Source: Blastocladiella emersonii ATCC 22665 (Eukaryota > Fungi > Blastocladiomycota). From it: DNA of 64,000 nt. The notes beneath the pieces are model-generated. The model worked only from the letters and a program-made list of their open reading frames with translations, did not search any database and was not told the DNA's origin. Each line of letters begins with the position of its first letter. Positions within the stretch are counted from its first letter, which is position 1. Where the stretch lies: the NCBI GenBank assembly GCA_025594325.1, contig JANHCV010000013.1, positions 1,116,001-1,180,000 on the forward strand. Direction: 5' to 3'. Of the stretch, positions 1 to 11,313 are shown one piece after another. The position numbers and the translations under genes are program-made.

Positions 1-670
1 AGTTGCGTGATCGGGTCATCGTGGTTGACCATGAGCCCTAAGTTGGGTACCCCAGTCTGCATGCCGGCGTCTTCAACGGCATTCAATCGTCCCTCGCGGT
101 ACTCAACAGGAACGAAATTTGAGCGTAGCAACACGAGCACCTCAAACGAGTTGCTGGCGGACACGAGATGCATGTCGTCGAGCGACAAAGAGCTTAAGCG
201 GGCAACAATTTCCAGTCGCTCGACAAGCTTGCTTGGTTGCGATGCAGAGCAGCAACACGTCAAGCCAGATCGGACGGCGGGAGAGTGTCTCACTCACCAC
301 TGAGCATCCCCGCGGCGCGACCTTGAGTCCACCTGAAGTGCACGCTGCTAGGGCTAGTGAAAGACATGGCGGGGGGCCGTGTCACGGAGCCGCGGGAAGT
401 CAGGAGCGACCAGCGACGGCAACCGAGGGTCGATGCCGGGTGGATCGATCAAGCCGGCCTGCACCGGCACCTGTCTCATAAACTCGCAAAGCAAACGTTG
501 CATGCAGTGGAAGCCGTGTTCCTCGGCGTTGCATGGCAGTGAGGTTGCGTGAAGAGAGCGGTGGCCTTGGAACGGCCGCCTCGCCGAGAAGCTCGCCGAG
601 TCACCACAGCGGCGCGTCGTGTCTCAGCCCCCGAGCGCTCACCAGAACACCGCCCATGAAGCAATTCGTC

Positions 671-3010
671 ATGAAACACTCCGTGCATTAGGACGAGGGA
701 CCACCAGACAGACGCTTTTTATCGTTGTTGGGGCTCCCGAGCGAGTTGCTTACTGTCGTCCTACGGCTATCGACGGCCCGAGCGGCAGTCCCTACGGCGT
801 CGCTTGAGCTGGCCGTAAGTTGTCGCGACCGGTTGGTCTTAACGATTTGGACTGCCCGTGAACTTCTTAGACTTGCGTTGTCGTGCAAAACCCGTCGCGC
901 AGGCAAAGAGCAGCCGCCCAGTTCGGACGAAAAACTGCTCGACTGCGACGAAATATTCTCCTGGGCGTATTCCGAGTTGGATTATCAGCTTCAGCGCTCT
1001 CGCCGGGCTCATGCGAAAGTGGGGGAGCACGACGTGCTCGTTGCGACGCTTAGTTCACTCTTCCGCGCCATCCTTTCATGTGCAGGCACTCTAGCCCATG
1101 CTCAGATCTTTGGCAAAAGTGCTGAACAGGTCGCCCAAATCCTGGCCCTCGTCTATGAAAAGTTATCGGACGACCATTTGCCAACCTCGCCCTACGCGTA
1201 TCCGCCTGCCGTGATCATTCGTGTGCTTTTGGCTGCGGTTTCGCTCGACGAACGGCCTCTGCTCGAATTTGTCCTTGGGGGAAATGGAGCAGCGGTGGCC
1301 TCAGCTTCTTGGCGCGCGGCTATCGTGGTTCATGTGGGACGGACTCGCTCTCTTTTGCCCGACTTTTTGTGTCGACGTCGTCAACTTCTTGGACGCACAG
1401 TACCTTTCATCGTACAAGCCAACTCTGACCGACTTTCTTTCTTTCGCCGCGGCCGCGCACTGGAAGCCTGCTCCTCTCGAGCTCCTCCTTGACCCGCGGT
1501 TTGGAGCGACGCCTGACGAGGTGCTCGAGTTTCTATCGATCGAGCCTATTCTCGATCTCACGTTCGAACCGCTAGAGGAATATCCCCCGCCCGAGACCGA
1601 CGGTCTTTCACAAGTGGTGGCAGTGTTTCTTTCGCGCGGTTACACTCTCCCCAGCAACCTCATGGCCGCAGTCGTGTGCGGACTCGTTCGGCACGACCCA
1701 TCCGCACTTACCCAGCTCTTAGTTCGGTTCGGCGATCCGGTGCGTGTGACGCTTTCCTCAGAACAGCTCAGTCGGGCCAGTCATTCGATTGATAACTGGT
1801 TTGACCCACCCGACGAGGAGTTTGGCGATGACAAGATGCTTGAAGTCGATGTTCTCGCCCCGCTCATCACTCACGGCTTGCTTCAACCTCCAGTAATTGG
1901 TCAAATCCTCGCCCGCGGGTTCGACGACCCTTACGTATGCGACGATTCCGAGGAGCTTCGTTCAATTGTTCCGCACTCAATTTGGGATGATGTCCTCGTC
2001 GCGGGTACTTTTGTCCCAGTGAATTGGCATGTCTGATTGCTGAAGCTGACTCGTGACCTCGCACACGACCTTGCCTAGCCTTTGCCGACTACACACCAGT
2101 TTACGAAGAGAGTGTAACGCGAGAGCTCGCCCAGCTCACCCGCGAAACTTCCTCGTCCAACCTTGTCCCACGGATCGCAGCGACTCTCGAGTCACGCAAT
2201 GGCTTCCGCTCCGCTTCATTCATCAACGCTTTCCTCGATGGCCAGACCAACACCGACGAAGAGCTGCTTGAGATCTTATCCATTTTCGGACCGCACCTTG
2301 CGCGCGAGCCAGTGGAGAGACTTTCTTTGTATTGGGAGCAAACGTTCGCCACTGCTTGCTTGGTCGAGGCGACACTCTCTCGGCCGCAGTTGCGGGAGCG
2401 TGCAGTCAAACTTGTACGCAAAACGGGCGCCGCCGGACACATGGTCAGCGCCGTTGTTGCGGTCCGCCTAGTATTTCTTGACATGCTGCCCGGGGAGCTT
2501 TCCTCCCACTGTCAAACGTGTCCTGGCTGCTCGACAACGACTGCAACAACGTGGCACGATTCTTTCACTCAGCTTGTTGCTGAATCCCCTCGCGGATCCG
2601 CCATGGAGAATCTTCTCTCGGCCTTTGTGAATTCTACGAGGTACATGGGCAGCGACGATGAGGATGATGACATCTCTCCTCGCTATCGATACGGTCACCA
2701 CGTTTGCGCAAATCGCCGCCATGTCAGCGATGTGACCAGATTTGTACTCGGTGCGCTGCTTCGGCACGACGCGACGCTCATTGTCAAACTATTCGAGCTT
2801 CGCGCTCCGTTCTCGACCAAACTTTCGAAGTCGTTTCCCGCTGGCTCCCTGGACGGCTCCGTGACGAAAAAACAGATCCGCAAACTCGTCAATGTCCAGG
2901 GAACCTGCCAGCGCCACCTCGCTGAACTCCAGCGCCTCGCCCCTGCAAAGTACGCGTCGGCTATGCTTCCTCGGGCCGAGAACGGCGGGAAACATGTACC
3001 CGCCTCTTGA
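671..3010 (+). pseudogene. Two-exon F-box-like family, subfamily I, copy 1 (disrupted)
   Basis: ATG 671 (MKHSVH*, in-frame TAG 689-691), F-box-like LLGLPSELLTVVL, frameshift in G5 run 1277-1281, phase-1 intron 2005-2078 (GTACTT..CTGAC..TAG) joining ORFs 1221-2036 and 2312-3010 in frame. Homologous along its length to 14368-16727. Confidence 0.8.
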
Positions 3011-3076
3011 TCCCGATGTAAAGATTATACAGTTTTTTTTTCACGTCGCAGGGAGCCGTGGCAATAAAAGAAAACT

Positions 3077-3175
3077 CGGACGCATGAGCTGGCACGTATC
3101 GCTCATGAGGTCGCTAGGTACGTCGACGACGGTCGGCGACGCAGCGGCGACCGCTGAATGTATGAAGCCATTCAT
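3077..3175 (-). pseudogene. N-terminal fragment of F-box-like family (subfamily II)
   Basis: MNGFIHSAVAAASPTVVDVPSDLMSDTCQLMRP aligns with MDDYMHLAANAPLTLADVPTELLTVMCQLVTP (36184). Preceded by the shared promoter motif at 3297-3320. Truncated. Confidence 0.7.
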
Positions 3176-3296
3176 GGTAGCAATGGGAAAAAAAGTCTGG
3201 GGGCGTTGTGGGCTGGCGAGGAGCGCAGCGGAAGAAGGCATCGAGCGTGACGTGGCATGAGATCGCGCTCGACGCGTCGGGCACGCGTTCCTCATA

Positions 3297-3320
3297 TCAC
3301 ATGATTCTCCGACGCGTCCC
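3297..3320 (-). promoter_or_regulatory. Bipartite ACGCG + CATGTG upstream element
   Basis: Minus strand gggacgcg-tcggagaat-catgtga, ~120 bp upstream of ATG 3175. Confidence 0.5.
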
Positions 3321-3533
3321 CAAACCCGTCTCGAAATTATGCCCTCGCAGCGCGATCGCCCGCGACATGGTGTAGCGTTCGAAAAGGTTGTTTCGTGCTG
3401 CCTAAGCTCCGAATCATCAGCGTCGAGGCAATGTCAAATGTATGTAACGTCCCGTCATCGATTCAAGTCAGTCGTTCATGCATGGCGTACGGGAAGATAT
3501 CCAGTACACCTCCCAGTTGAGCACGATCGTCCC

Positions 3534-4660
3534 CTACTCACTATCGGAGGAAGAGGATTCGTCATCGAGCGAAGCCGCGGCCAGCACGTCAAGAACCTGC
3601 GATGGAACGGGGCTGTGCACCGCGGTGAATCCGGGCACCCACTGCGGGTCCGCGCGAGCAAATGAATTGAGCAGGAAGCACGTCGGGCCTCCGTTGGATG
3701 CCTCCGAGGCACAGCACGCTCGCTTGTGTACGGCTTCGCTTGCCTCGCGACAAAGCGCGTTCGCCAAGTTGACGGCGAGCATACGGGCGGGGCAGTTGAG
3801 CGAGCAGCCCAGCCTCATGTGTTGAGAATGCACCCCGACGTGGCGCACCATGGACGGAAAGCGGTCGAGCAGGGCGGTGAGCGTATCGCGATACGCAGCT
3901 TGGTGTGTGAAGGGGCATCTGGCACAAAGCATCAAGCCTGGGCAAGTGAGATCAGATGCGACCGTGCCGTTTGCGGACGTCCAAAGCATTTGCTTGAGCC
4001 AGCAAGCCGCAGTGCCAGTGTTGGAGATGATGTCGAGCGTAAAGGCCCGCGTGTCGGCCGAGCTGATGGCCGCCGTGGCGATGAGGGCGAGTAAGGTCGA
4101 ACACCTGGTCGGCAAGGCGTGGATGTTGTAGTTGATGCTGCGAAACACTTGGCTTGCGATGTAAAGCAGGTCAATGGGCTCCGCAGTCACGCGATGGCCG
4201 AGTAGACGCGTGAGAGCGTGAAGCGGTGAGTCTCCAGGCATGCCCAAACAATTGAGGATCGCCTTGACAAAGGCATCGTTGAAATCCTCGGGCCCGGACT
4301 CGGATGCGAAGCGAAGCAAGACTTGCAAATAGGTCGGGGCAAGGAACATCTTGCTCTGAATGCGGTCGTTCTGCGGTCCCAAGATCGCGACACGAATCAC
4401 TACACGCGCGGACACGACATGCAACCGTCAACGAAGCTCACTCAATTCGACAATGGCGAGACGTACCTTCGTTGACTGTCGAGGTCCACTTCTCGTCCCC
4501 GAGATGCGCACGCATCAAGCCGAACCACGCCGCGACAACAAAGTCCGGAATGAATGGGACGGCGAGCTGCGACCCCAGCAACTGTCATGACAAGGGGCTC
4601 GTCGCTTCCAAAGCCTAACCAACATCTAAGCTTTGATCGACTCGAGAACAATGGGGGTAA
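3534..4660 (-). pseudogene. 3' part (end of exon 1, intron, exon 2) of F-box-like subfamily II copy
   Basis: WFGLMRAHLGDEKWTSTVNEG matches WVGLMNAHLGDEQWVAMVNEG (copy 36184). Intron 4400-4466. Exon 2 (VIRVAILG..FARADPQW) is closely similar to 37468-38333. Frameshift/deletion near 4580. Confidence 0.8.
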
Positions 4661-4825
4661 CCGTGCGGCCGCGTCACGACCCGGAACGCGCCGTGCCCTG
4701 CCAGTTCCTCCCTCCTCCCCTCGCAGTCCTGTTTTTAAGTGCAGCTTGTCGTTTTGTTTTTAACCGGGCGTTTCAAGGCTAGCGAAACTGAGCGAGAGTC
4801 GTGGCACGGCGGGTTGCGAGACGGG

Positions 4826-4852
4826 GTGCGAGACGCGTCGCGAAAACACGTG
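4826..4852 (+). promoter_or_regulatory. Bipartite ACGCGT + CACGTG element (variant A)
   Basis: gtgcgagacgcgtcgcgaaaacacgtg; exact reverse complement at 8360-8386, 26/26 match at 59669-59694. Confidence 0.6.
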
Positions 4853-5006
4853 TCGGTCACGCGCACGTGACACAGCTTGGCTTGGACTTTGGCGCGACCG
4901 CGCGTCGGGCAAGCGAGTGACTCTTCGCCGCGCCGCGGTCGGTCCCCGCTCTCTCGCTCATCACCACTCGCTGCAATGTATCACCCGTCCGCCAACGAAG
5001 CACCCT

Positions 5007-5900
5007 ATGACCTCGACGCACGGCAACCACGCGGCCACCGTCAACAGGTACGCGTCGCGTCCCGCTGCCGCGGCCCCCGCCGCGCGCTTGGCTCCCATCG
5101 CGCCGACTGTCGTTTTGGGCTCTCGGGGCGGTGCGCCCGGCGTGGTGCGCATCATCCACTGCTCGCTCCACCGTCGACGCACCGTGAGACCAGCGGCGTC
5201 GTCGCCGCCACGCGTGCGCGCCGTCGTGCGCGCGCTCCGCCGCGCTCATCCTTCGGGTGCGGCACGGCGCAGCGCAGGGTGATCCACCGGGCTACCAGCC
5301 GCGTGCGTGCTCGTCAAAGGTGCTGACACCTGTGCGGTGCCCATGTAGCCGTCGGCGCGCGTCCGCCACCAGGGACTCGACATTTGAAGACTCATGGACC
5401 TGAGACCATCGAGCAAGCCTCGCTCGCGACGGTACACCGTCTCCGCCACACCACCACCGCGTGTCTCATGCACTCACGCTGCACGCTCGCGCCAGTAGCG
5501 CCGACAGGCTCGCTCAAGTTATTCGACCGCGGCCACCGCGTGCGTCAAGTCCCAGTCGCAGGTACGCTCGACACTTCTCGTCGCTGCGCAAGAGTTGGCG
5601 CGCGTCTGACATGCTCGCTCGCATTGCTCCTGATAGCCCCTCGTGAGCCACTGGTCTCTCGCTACACTATCGACCCGCCGCCTCTCAACGGATGAACAAC
5701 TGGCGCGCAGCATCCGCAAGCTGTAGGGTGCCGATTTCCAAGACGACACGGTACGCTCTCATCACACGCCGCTCGAGGCGAAGCGCGACTCACATGAGCT
5801 CTCGGACCTTTCTTGCTTGTAGCAGCGATCTCTGACCACCATCTCGCCCGGCCGGTTTCTGTACTCGGGGTCGTGGCGCGACCTGACCGCGGATCGCAAT
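5007..5900 (+). pseudogene. Multi-exon gene remnant inside the insertion, unknown product
   Basis: ATG 5007. Several GTAC(G/A)C...CTGAC/CTCAC...TAG introns. Exon text ..LSTRRLSTDEQLARSIRKL*GADFQDDT|QRSLTTISPGRFLYSGSW with in-frame TAG. Exon structure only partly resolved. Confidence 0.4.
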
Positions 5901-6089
5901 AGGTGCGACGCGCACGCGGTTCGGGTCACGGGCGGCGGCTCCGAGTGCGGAGACCTGGTGCTGGCGACGGCGTCTGCGGTCCGCTCGAGTACCTGCTTGT
6001 CGTGCATCGTCGCCGCGCACGGGCCGGGATTCCGACTCGCATGCCACGCGACCCGCGGCGGTGGCGACCTGACCTGTATCTGAGATCTC

Positions 6090-6353
6090 CCTGTACGCAA
6101 TACACTCGCAAATTTGCACCAAAACGCAGTCCCCATCTTGAGAATATGCCATCAATTTGCGGCCAACCGGATCGCTCTCCTCGCCAATTGGCCATCAAAT
6201 CTCCCATCAACTTTCAGCATATTGGACGGCAATTGGTTGCAAATTCGCTGTCCGAGCCGACCCGCGGGCCGACGCTCAATTTGGTGCAAATTTGCTCAGG
6301 TTTAAAATTTGCCTCCAAACCGTGTAAATTGGCCGCAAATTCGCAAGGCCCGG
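6090..6353. repeat. GCAAATT/AATTTGC array with internal inverted repeats
   Basis: Many GCAAATT/AATTTGC units; perfect inverted pairs gcaaatttgcaccaaa (~6108) / tttggtgcaaatttgc (~6279) and aatttgcggccaa / ttggccgcaaatt. AT-richer than flanks. Confidence 0.8.
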
Positions 6354-6996
6354 ATTTGCGATGGAGAGCAGTTGGGCCACAGCGAGAAACCAGTTGAACG
6401 AGCGGGCGCGTGTACACAGGACAGGAGTTGGTCCACCCGTGAGCTACGAGCCAATCAAGGACTTGCATCGCTGTAGCCGTCGCCGTTGAGCGCGAAAAAG
6501 CTTCAAGTGCAAGGTAGGTGGCAGGTTTGAACCGGAAAAACTTGATTACGACCGGCACGTCGAGACCAATGCGTGGGTCGAGAAGGGTTCAAGAGCATTG
6601 TAATCCCAGCGCGAAACCGCCGAGTAAACAAGAAACTCGACCAGTGTGAGCCGATGGCTGGTCGTACCGGGTCGGTCGGGAAAGTCGCCCTCGTGGATCG
6701 CAAACTCGCCCTCCTCCTCGTCCCAAAAGTCGTACATCCAGCCTTCGTTATCGCCGCCCGAAGCAAGGCGCATGTGTGCGGTCCAGATACCCCACGGCCG
6801 CGTGACCTGCAACAAGAGCGGCCACGTTTCTGCCAAATCCGACAGAAGTCGGCGGAAAACTGAGTTCCGTCGAGTGCCGATAGTCGCGAGAAGTAGCTCC
6901 ACGTAATCAAGAGGCTGAAGCTGAGGGAACTGAGTATTGGCGGTGCGAAAGAGCCTGGGGATTAGTTGCTTCTTCTCCACGCACAGTGAAAAGGGC
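6354..6996 (-). pseudogene. Middle fragment of F-box-like subfamily II copy
   Basis: DYVELLLATIGTRRNSVFRRLLSDLAETWPLLLQVTR..QVLDWLVAHGWTN aligns with DYIELLLVTFTTQRYAAFHPLLHEIAEFSPMLLQITR..VLDWLAANVWNN (36184 copy). Bounded by repeat-ended insertions on both sides. Confidence 0.8.
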
Positions 6997-7255
6997 CCCG
7001 GGCTCCAAAGGATACAAAGGATTGGCAAAGTCCCTTTGGAGTTTACTTTGCGTTTCCTTTGGACGGAACACTTCTAAGTCACTTTGGAGTCCTTTGCGGC
7101 GACTGAGTTACTTTGAAAACTTTGGGTGAGAGCCGGTTCAAGTCGCTTTGAATCCTTTGGACTGCGGTTCCTTTTGCGCGGTTTTTGGCCTAAGCGTCCT
7201 CAAAGCTTCACAAAGGAATCCGTCCAAAGTATACAAAGGACCTTTGTATAGGGAT
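6997..7255. repeat. Left subterminal CAAAG/CTTTG array
   Basis: About 17 CAAAG/CTTTG units in 260 bp, ending in the hairpin tatacaaagg-a-cctttgtata. Confidence 0.85.
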
Positions 7256-8359
7256 CACGGGACGCAAAAAAAAAGCGGGTACTGCGACGACCGCCGCCGC
7301 CACGACCACGACCACGGTCCGCCCGCACCGCACCCGCGCCGCGCCCGCGTTGAGCCCATGCACGCGCGCGCGCCGCTGCCGCGGTCCTCGCGCCGCCGCC
7401 GTCACTCGCGGGCGTGGTCATCTTGAAGCACTTGACGCGCTCGGTCGAGGCTACAGCGGGGCGAGCGCGGGAGACCGAGGTGAGGAGCGGGATCGAGGGA
7501 GCTGTCGTGCAAGCAGAGCGAGAACGTACCCGTGTCGCGCCCGCCTTGGCCGCCGCGGCACCTGAGCGCTCGAATAGAAGGAACGGATCGCGGCAGGCGC
7601 CGAGTTAGTCATCGCCGCGCTGGTGGAGGCGAGAAGCGCGATCGTACCGAGACCGCACGCGACTTCGTCAAGCTTGAGCGCTGAGTTGGCACCGTCTCCG
7701 CGCGTCTAGACGGGCAGCGAGCGCGAGCGATCGGACGTGAGACACTGAGCTGCGACCCAGCGCGCTTGCAGGAGACGTACCCGCTCGCCGTGGTCGTGTC
7801 GGCAACCGACGCGGCTGCGCTACGCGGGCCACTCAGCGCGGGTGCGGGGCGCGCGAGCTACGGGATCGTGACGAGAGCGAGTGAGACACACTGCGCGGGC
7901 GCGGATGTGCGAGAGACGGCGAGCAGGGCGGCGGCGGAGCGGCATCCACGTCAGTCTCGCGCCCATCACCACGAGAGGTGGGCGGGCGGGCGACCGACGT
8001 CGCCGTCGCGCGCGTGCGCCGTGACGAGCGAGTCGCGGGGACGCGCACCGTGACGTGGAGCCAAGCGTGCGAGGGCGGGTGCGCGTCGTCGTGTAGCGTC
8101 GATCGGTCGGGCGGCAAGCTCCACTTGGTCGGCGGGCGCGGGTCGAGTGTGCAGCGACGGCGGCGTGGAGCGGCGGATGGGATGGCGGCGGCGGCGAGCG
8201 TGTGCGGGAACGTCAGTCGGTGCAAGGGGACCCGCCCGCTTATGTAGGGGCGGGGCGGGAGCGAGCGAGCGGGCGGGGCGGGCGGCCGCGGAAGCGCAGA
8301 GTCCACCGCCGAAGCGGCGAAGCGGCCAACGCGCAGCGCGTTGATCAAAAAACGCGCAT

Positions 8360-8386
8360 CACGTGTTTTCGCGACGCGTCTCGCAC
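8360..8386 (-). promoter_or_regulatory. Bipartite ACGCGT + CACGTG element (variant A)
   Basis: Exact reverse complement of 4826-4852. Confidence 0.6.
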
Positions 8387-9289
8387 TGTCTCGCGCGTCC
8401 GCCCCGAGCCGCACCCGACGCGTCCGCGCCACCACGGACCACCATAAGCGATGCAGAAAAGCAATCGTAGATACTCAAACGTTGGCCCTCGTGCCCGTAA
8501 GGAAACAGAACGCACTGCCTCGCAGACTCGTCACTCACCACGACTCGCGAGACGTCTTGGTGCTCGCGCGCAAACTACTATCCACCCTCAAAAACGCACC
8601 ACCTGGAATTCCCTCATCACCCGCACCAACGGTACTGCTGGCTGGGGCTGCGGGGGCGCGTCGAAGCGCGCGTGAATCGGATCGCCCCAGTTGACCCCAG
8701 CGAGCTTGCGAATCCACTCCTAAGCGATGTCTAACGGACGCACCTAGTCAGGCATCGCAGCGTCGGTCACCCAAGGAACGAGTGTTGTGGATGGAAGGCG
8801 ACGAAGCGTCAGAAAAACGACGGATGGCGGACGAGCGCGGCCGAGCGCGGCGAAGTCCAGAAATGGAGTCCGCGACGGGGCTGGCTGCAGGTTGGCTGCC
8901 ACCGGGCCGGCCGCCGCACGTCTTCTCTCCCGAACCCCGACACACCAGCGACGCGGGACCTTTGTCACTTACTGCAAATGCATCAACAACATTAAAGCCT
9001 TCTCTAGACCGCGCCATTTGGGCGAACCTGTACCTCTTGTCAGCTCGACCAGGCCGCCACACAGCGCCACCCTTACGCTGCTTCAGGCGATTTCTGACCG
9101 GCTACTACCCGGAAAGCAAGGATCTTAAGTCAGACAAGTTCTAAGCTATTTATAAGGCCTTCGAGTGCACCACGAGGCGCCCCCAGTGTACCCTTCCTTG
9201 TTCCGCATTGTCAGCGATCTATGGGGAGCGGGTGATGCTCGTTCGCTAGTATCGTTTTCCTAATCGCCCAATTGTAACGGTCGCCGTGG

Positions 9290-10205
9290 TGGAGCGCGCG
9301 GTTGACGAATTTCACGACCTTACGGCCGCCATCAGAGGCTCGACCAGACGATCCGCGCCGCCGTGGCCGCCGTGCCGCGCATCGCCACGCTGCTGCCCGG
9401 CCGACGGGGGTCCAACTCGGGCGAGGCCCACGTCGAGCACCGGACCACGACCGCGCACCCACTCTCCACCGACCTCGCCGCAGCGTTCACGTCCTTTTCG
9501 CATGCGGTGCTTCTCGAGCCCAACGGATCGGCGGCTACGGAGGATTCGATCGGGTACTCGTGGTTCCGCCGCAAGCTGCGGCTCGACGTCGAGGTGCTCT
9601 CGCGCAACGCTTACCATGCGTCCGTGTCCGTGTTCCACTCGGCGACGCTGTCGAGCGTGCCGCTCCAGTGTCGCGAGGACGCTGTCGTCCGCGTCGTGAT
9701 CCCCACGACAGTGGCGGATCGCATGTTCTTGGTCGCCGGCGCGTTCCCCGCGCTGGACCGCTACACGCGGTTCGTGATGCCGGAACCGGACCCGGCCATG
9801 TCGTCCATCTACGGCCAAATCACCGACTTTTTCAAGCTCGACGGCGTCGCGTTTGCCGCGCTGAACCCGCTCGCCATGCACCCGCTGCGCCACCACGACC
9901 TCAATCCGGCGGCCGCGACGCGGGCGGTGGTGGCGGGTATTAGCCGCGTGCGCTACGTTAACATCACGCGGCCCATTGTCGTGCCGATCCGCGCTATTCG
10001 CGACCGCGCGTGCGTGTGCCCTGACGAGCGGCGGCCACCGCTGGCGGCTCGCGACGCGCCCGCCGACAACGAGTTTGTGTGGACCATCTCGCGCGTCCCG
10101 ATCCCGCGGCACAGCGAGCTTGACACGGCCGGCGCGGGCGATCCGGCCATGGAACCGCATGGCGGGACAGGGGCGGGGGCCAACGGTGGCAACGACTTTA
10201 ACTGA
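9290..10205 (+). pseudogene. C-terminal remnant of CACTA/EnSpm-like transposase
   Basis: VSVFHSATLSSVPLQCREDAVVRVVIP ~ VSKFAAVTLNSVRVHQRGSLVRVVVP; TDFFKLDGVAFAAL ~ TGFFEYVGQVFAQV; IVVPIRAIRDRAC ~ LVLPVQAITARVC (second member of each pair from 57590-58000). Confidence 0.7.
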
Positions 10206-10324
10206 AGCGATAAATAATTGTTTCTGCTGCTACTTCAATGCAGTGCCGACCCATCAGCGAGCGGATCAGGCGGCGAATCTGCTGCTCGCCGCCGCGACCA
10301 GCTATCCGAACCACTAAGTGCAGC

Positions 10325-10539
10325 AACGTAACTTTGCGCTCCGGGTCCCATGGCACTTTGCGCGCGGGTTCAAAGTAAACGTTTCCAAAGTAATCTTGTT
10401 CAAGGCCGCAAAGTAATCCCTTGCGCAAAGAAACTTTGCATTACTTTGTTGGCCCAAAGTTACTTTGCAATCCTTTGCGGGTTTACTTTGTCGCCGCTAC
10501 AAAGGAACTTTGCCCCGCCTGTTCACTTTGAAGATCGGG
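10325..10539. repeat. Right subterminal CAAAG/CTTTG array
   Basis: About 15 CAAAG/CTTTG units. Reverse complement ggcaaagttcctttg matches ggcaaagtccctttg at ~7024. Confidence 0.85.
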
Positions 10540-10767
10540 AGGATTGTAACCCGAGGGCGGAGGAAACTTCGTGCTGAGTTGCAAGACCTGCTGGAACGAC
10601 CAAGAAGCGTGTACGGCACGGTTATTGATAGCGTGGGCGAAAAGCTTGGACGAAGTCGCCACCGTGTGACGTGGTTGAGCGAGCTGGCACACAAGGTTCA
10701 AGGGCTCGAGCGGCACGTCGCCCATCGTGAGCGACGACAGGGCCGCGCGTTGCATTAGGTGTTTCAT
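10540..10767 (-). pseudogene. N-terminal fragment of F-box-like subfamily II, cut by the transposon end
   Basis: MKHLMQRAALSSLTMGDVPLEPLNLVCQLAQPRH ~ MEHSMQNTAVSPLVLGDVPPELLTLVCQLARPSH (33570). 5' flanks are also similar. Confidence 0.8.
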
Positions 10768-11156
10768 TGCTGCAAGTGAAGTTGTCCTGAGAGCGAGGGT
10801 GCGCTACGGAGAGGAGAAGTCGCGACGCGGCGGCGGGCGGCGCGCGTAGCGGAACCGTGGGAACGCGGTGGGCCGATGCACGTGGCTCCACGCGCACATC
10901 CCGGAATACTTTGGGGCCAGAGGAAAAAGGCGAAGACGCAGCAAATCATCGCCGTGAAATGATTTATTTGCTTTGAATGTAGTTTGCGAAATGCCTCCGC
11001 GGTCTAACGCTGCTTCGAACAGGGTAACCTGTGCCAGGTGTGACCTCAAACTGATTAGTTCAGCTTCTACTACGAAGCCAATGCCTATTATCTTCGAGCT
11101 TTGCGGAAAGAAACTCCGCAATGGGGTGTTCGAGTCACCCGCAAGGCCGTCGGGTT

Positions 11157-11179
11157 CACGCGCCGCGCCACTCACGTGC
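11157..11179 (+). promoter_or_regulatory. Bipartite element variant B (ACGCGCCGCGCCACTCACGTG)
   Basis: Mirror counterpart of 33146-33167. Confidence 0.5.
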
Positions 11180-11313
11180 TGTGTAACCACGAGCCCCCGC
11201 TCAGTCGATCCAGGCCAACCAACGGTGTATTGTTCAGATATAATCAAATTGTAAAAGAAGAGACTGGAATCATTTAGATATCGCTTGAAAGAGACTCGAA
11301 AGTCGTTGCCGCG

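Larger units (their letters stand above)
4680..6353. mobile_element. Candidate non-autonomous insertion splitting an F-box-like copy
   Basis: Unrelated 1.67 kb between collinear pieces of one gene (6354-6996 and 3534-4660). Candidate ends CCCGG (4680) and CCGG (6353). GCAAATT array at the right end. No TSD resolved. Confidence 0.5.
6997..10539 (+). mobile_element. Internally deleted CACTA/EnSpm (CMC)-like DNA transposon
   Basis: Ends CCCGGGCTCCAAAG (6997) and reverse complement CCCGATCTTCAAAG (10539), 11/14 identical. CAAAG arrays inside both ends. Contains a remnant homologous to the C-terminus of the 54401-58118 transposase. No TSD; flanks are non-adjacent gene parts. Confidence 0.7.

Noticed and set aside
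1-300. Open minus-strand frame running off the window (..LVERLEIVARLSSLSLDDMH..)
   Set aside because: No start, motif or homolog visible; insufficient support.
4826-8386. 27-bp inverted pair as TIRs of one element
   Set aside because: A third copy at 59669 sits upstream of an unrelated gene, no TSD is seen, and the interval crosses other element boundaries. A promoter motif fits better.
7260-8900. Gene on the minus strand inside the deleted transposon
   Set aside because: Splice-like signals and a promoter motif are present, but all frames contain stops and no homology is recognisable.
8960-9290. Upstream extension of the transposase remnant (FLTG..AIYKAF)
   Set aside because: Similarity to LCLG..AIYRDM is too weak and interrupted by stops to call without an alignment.
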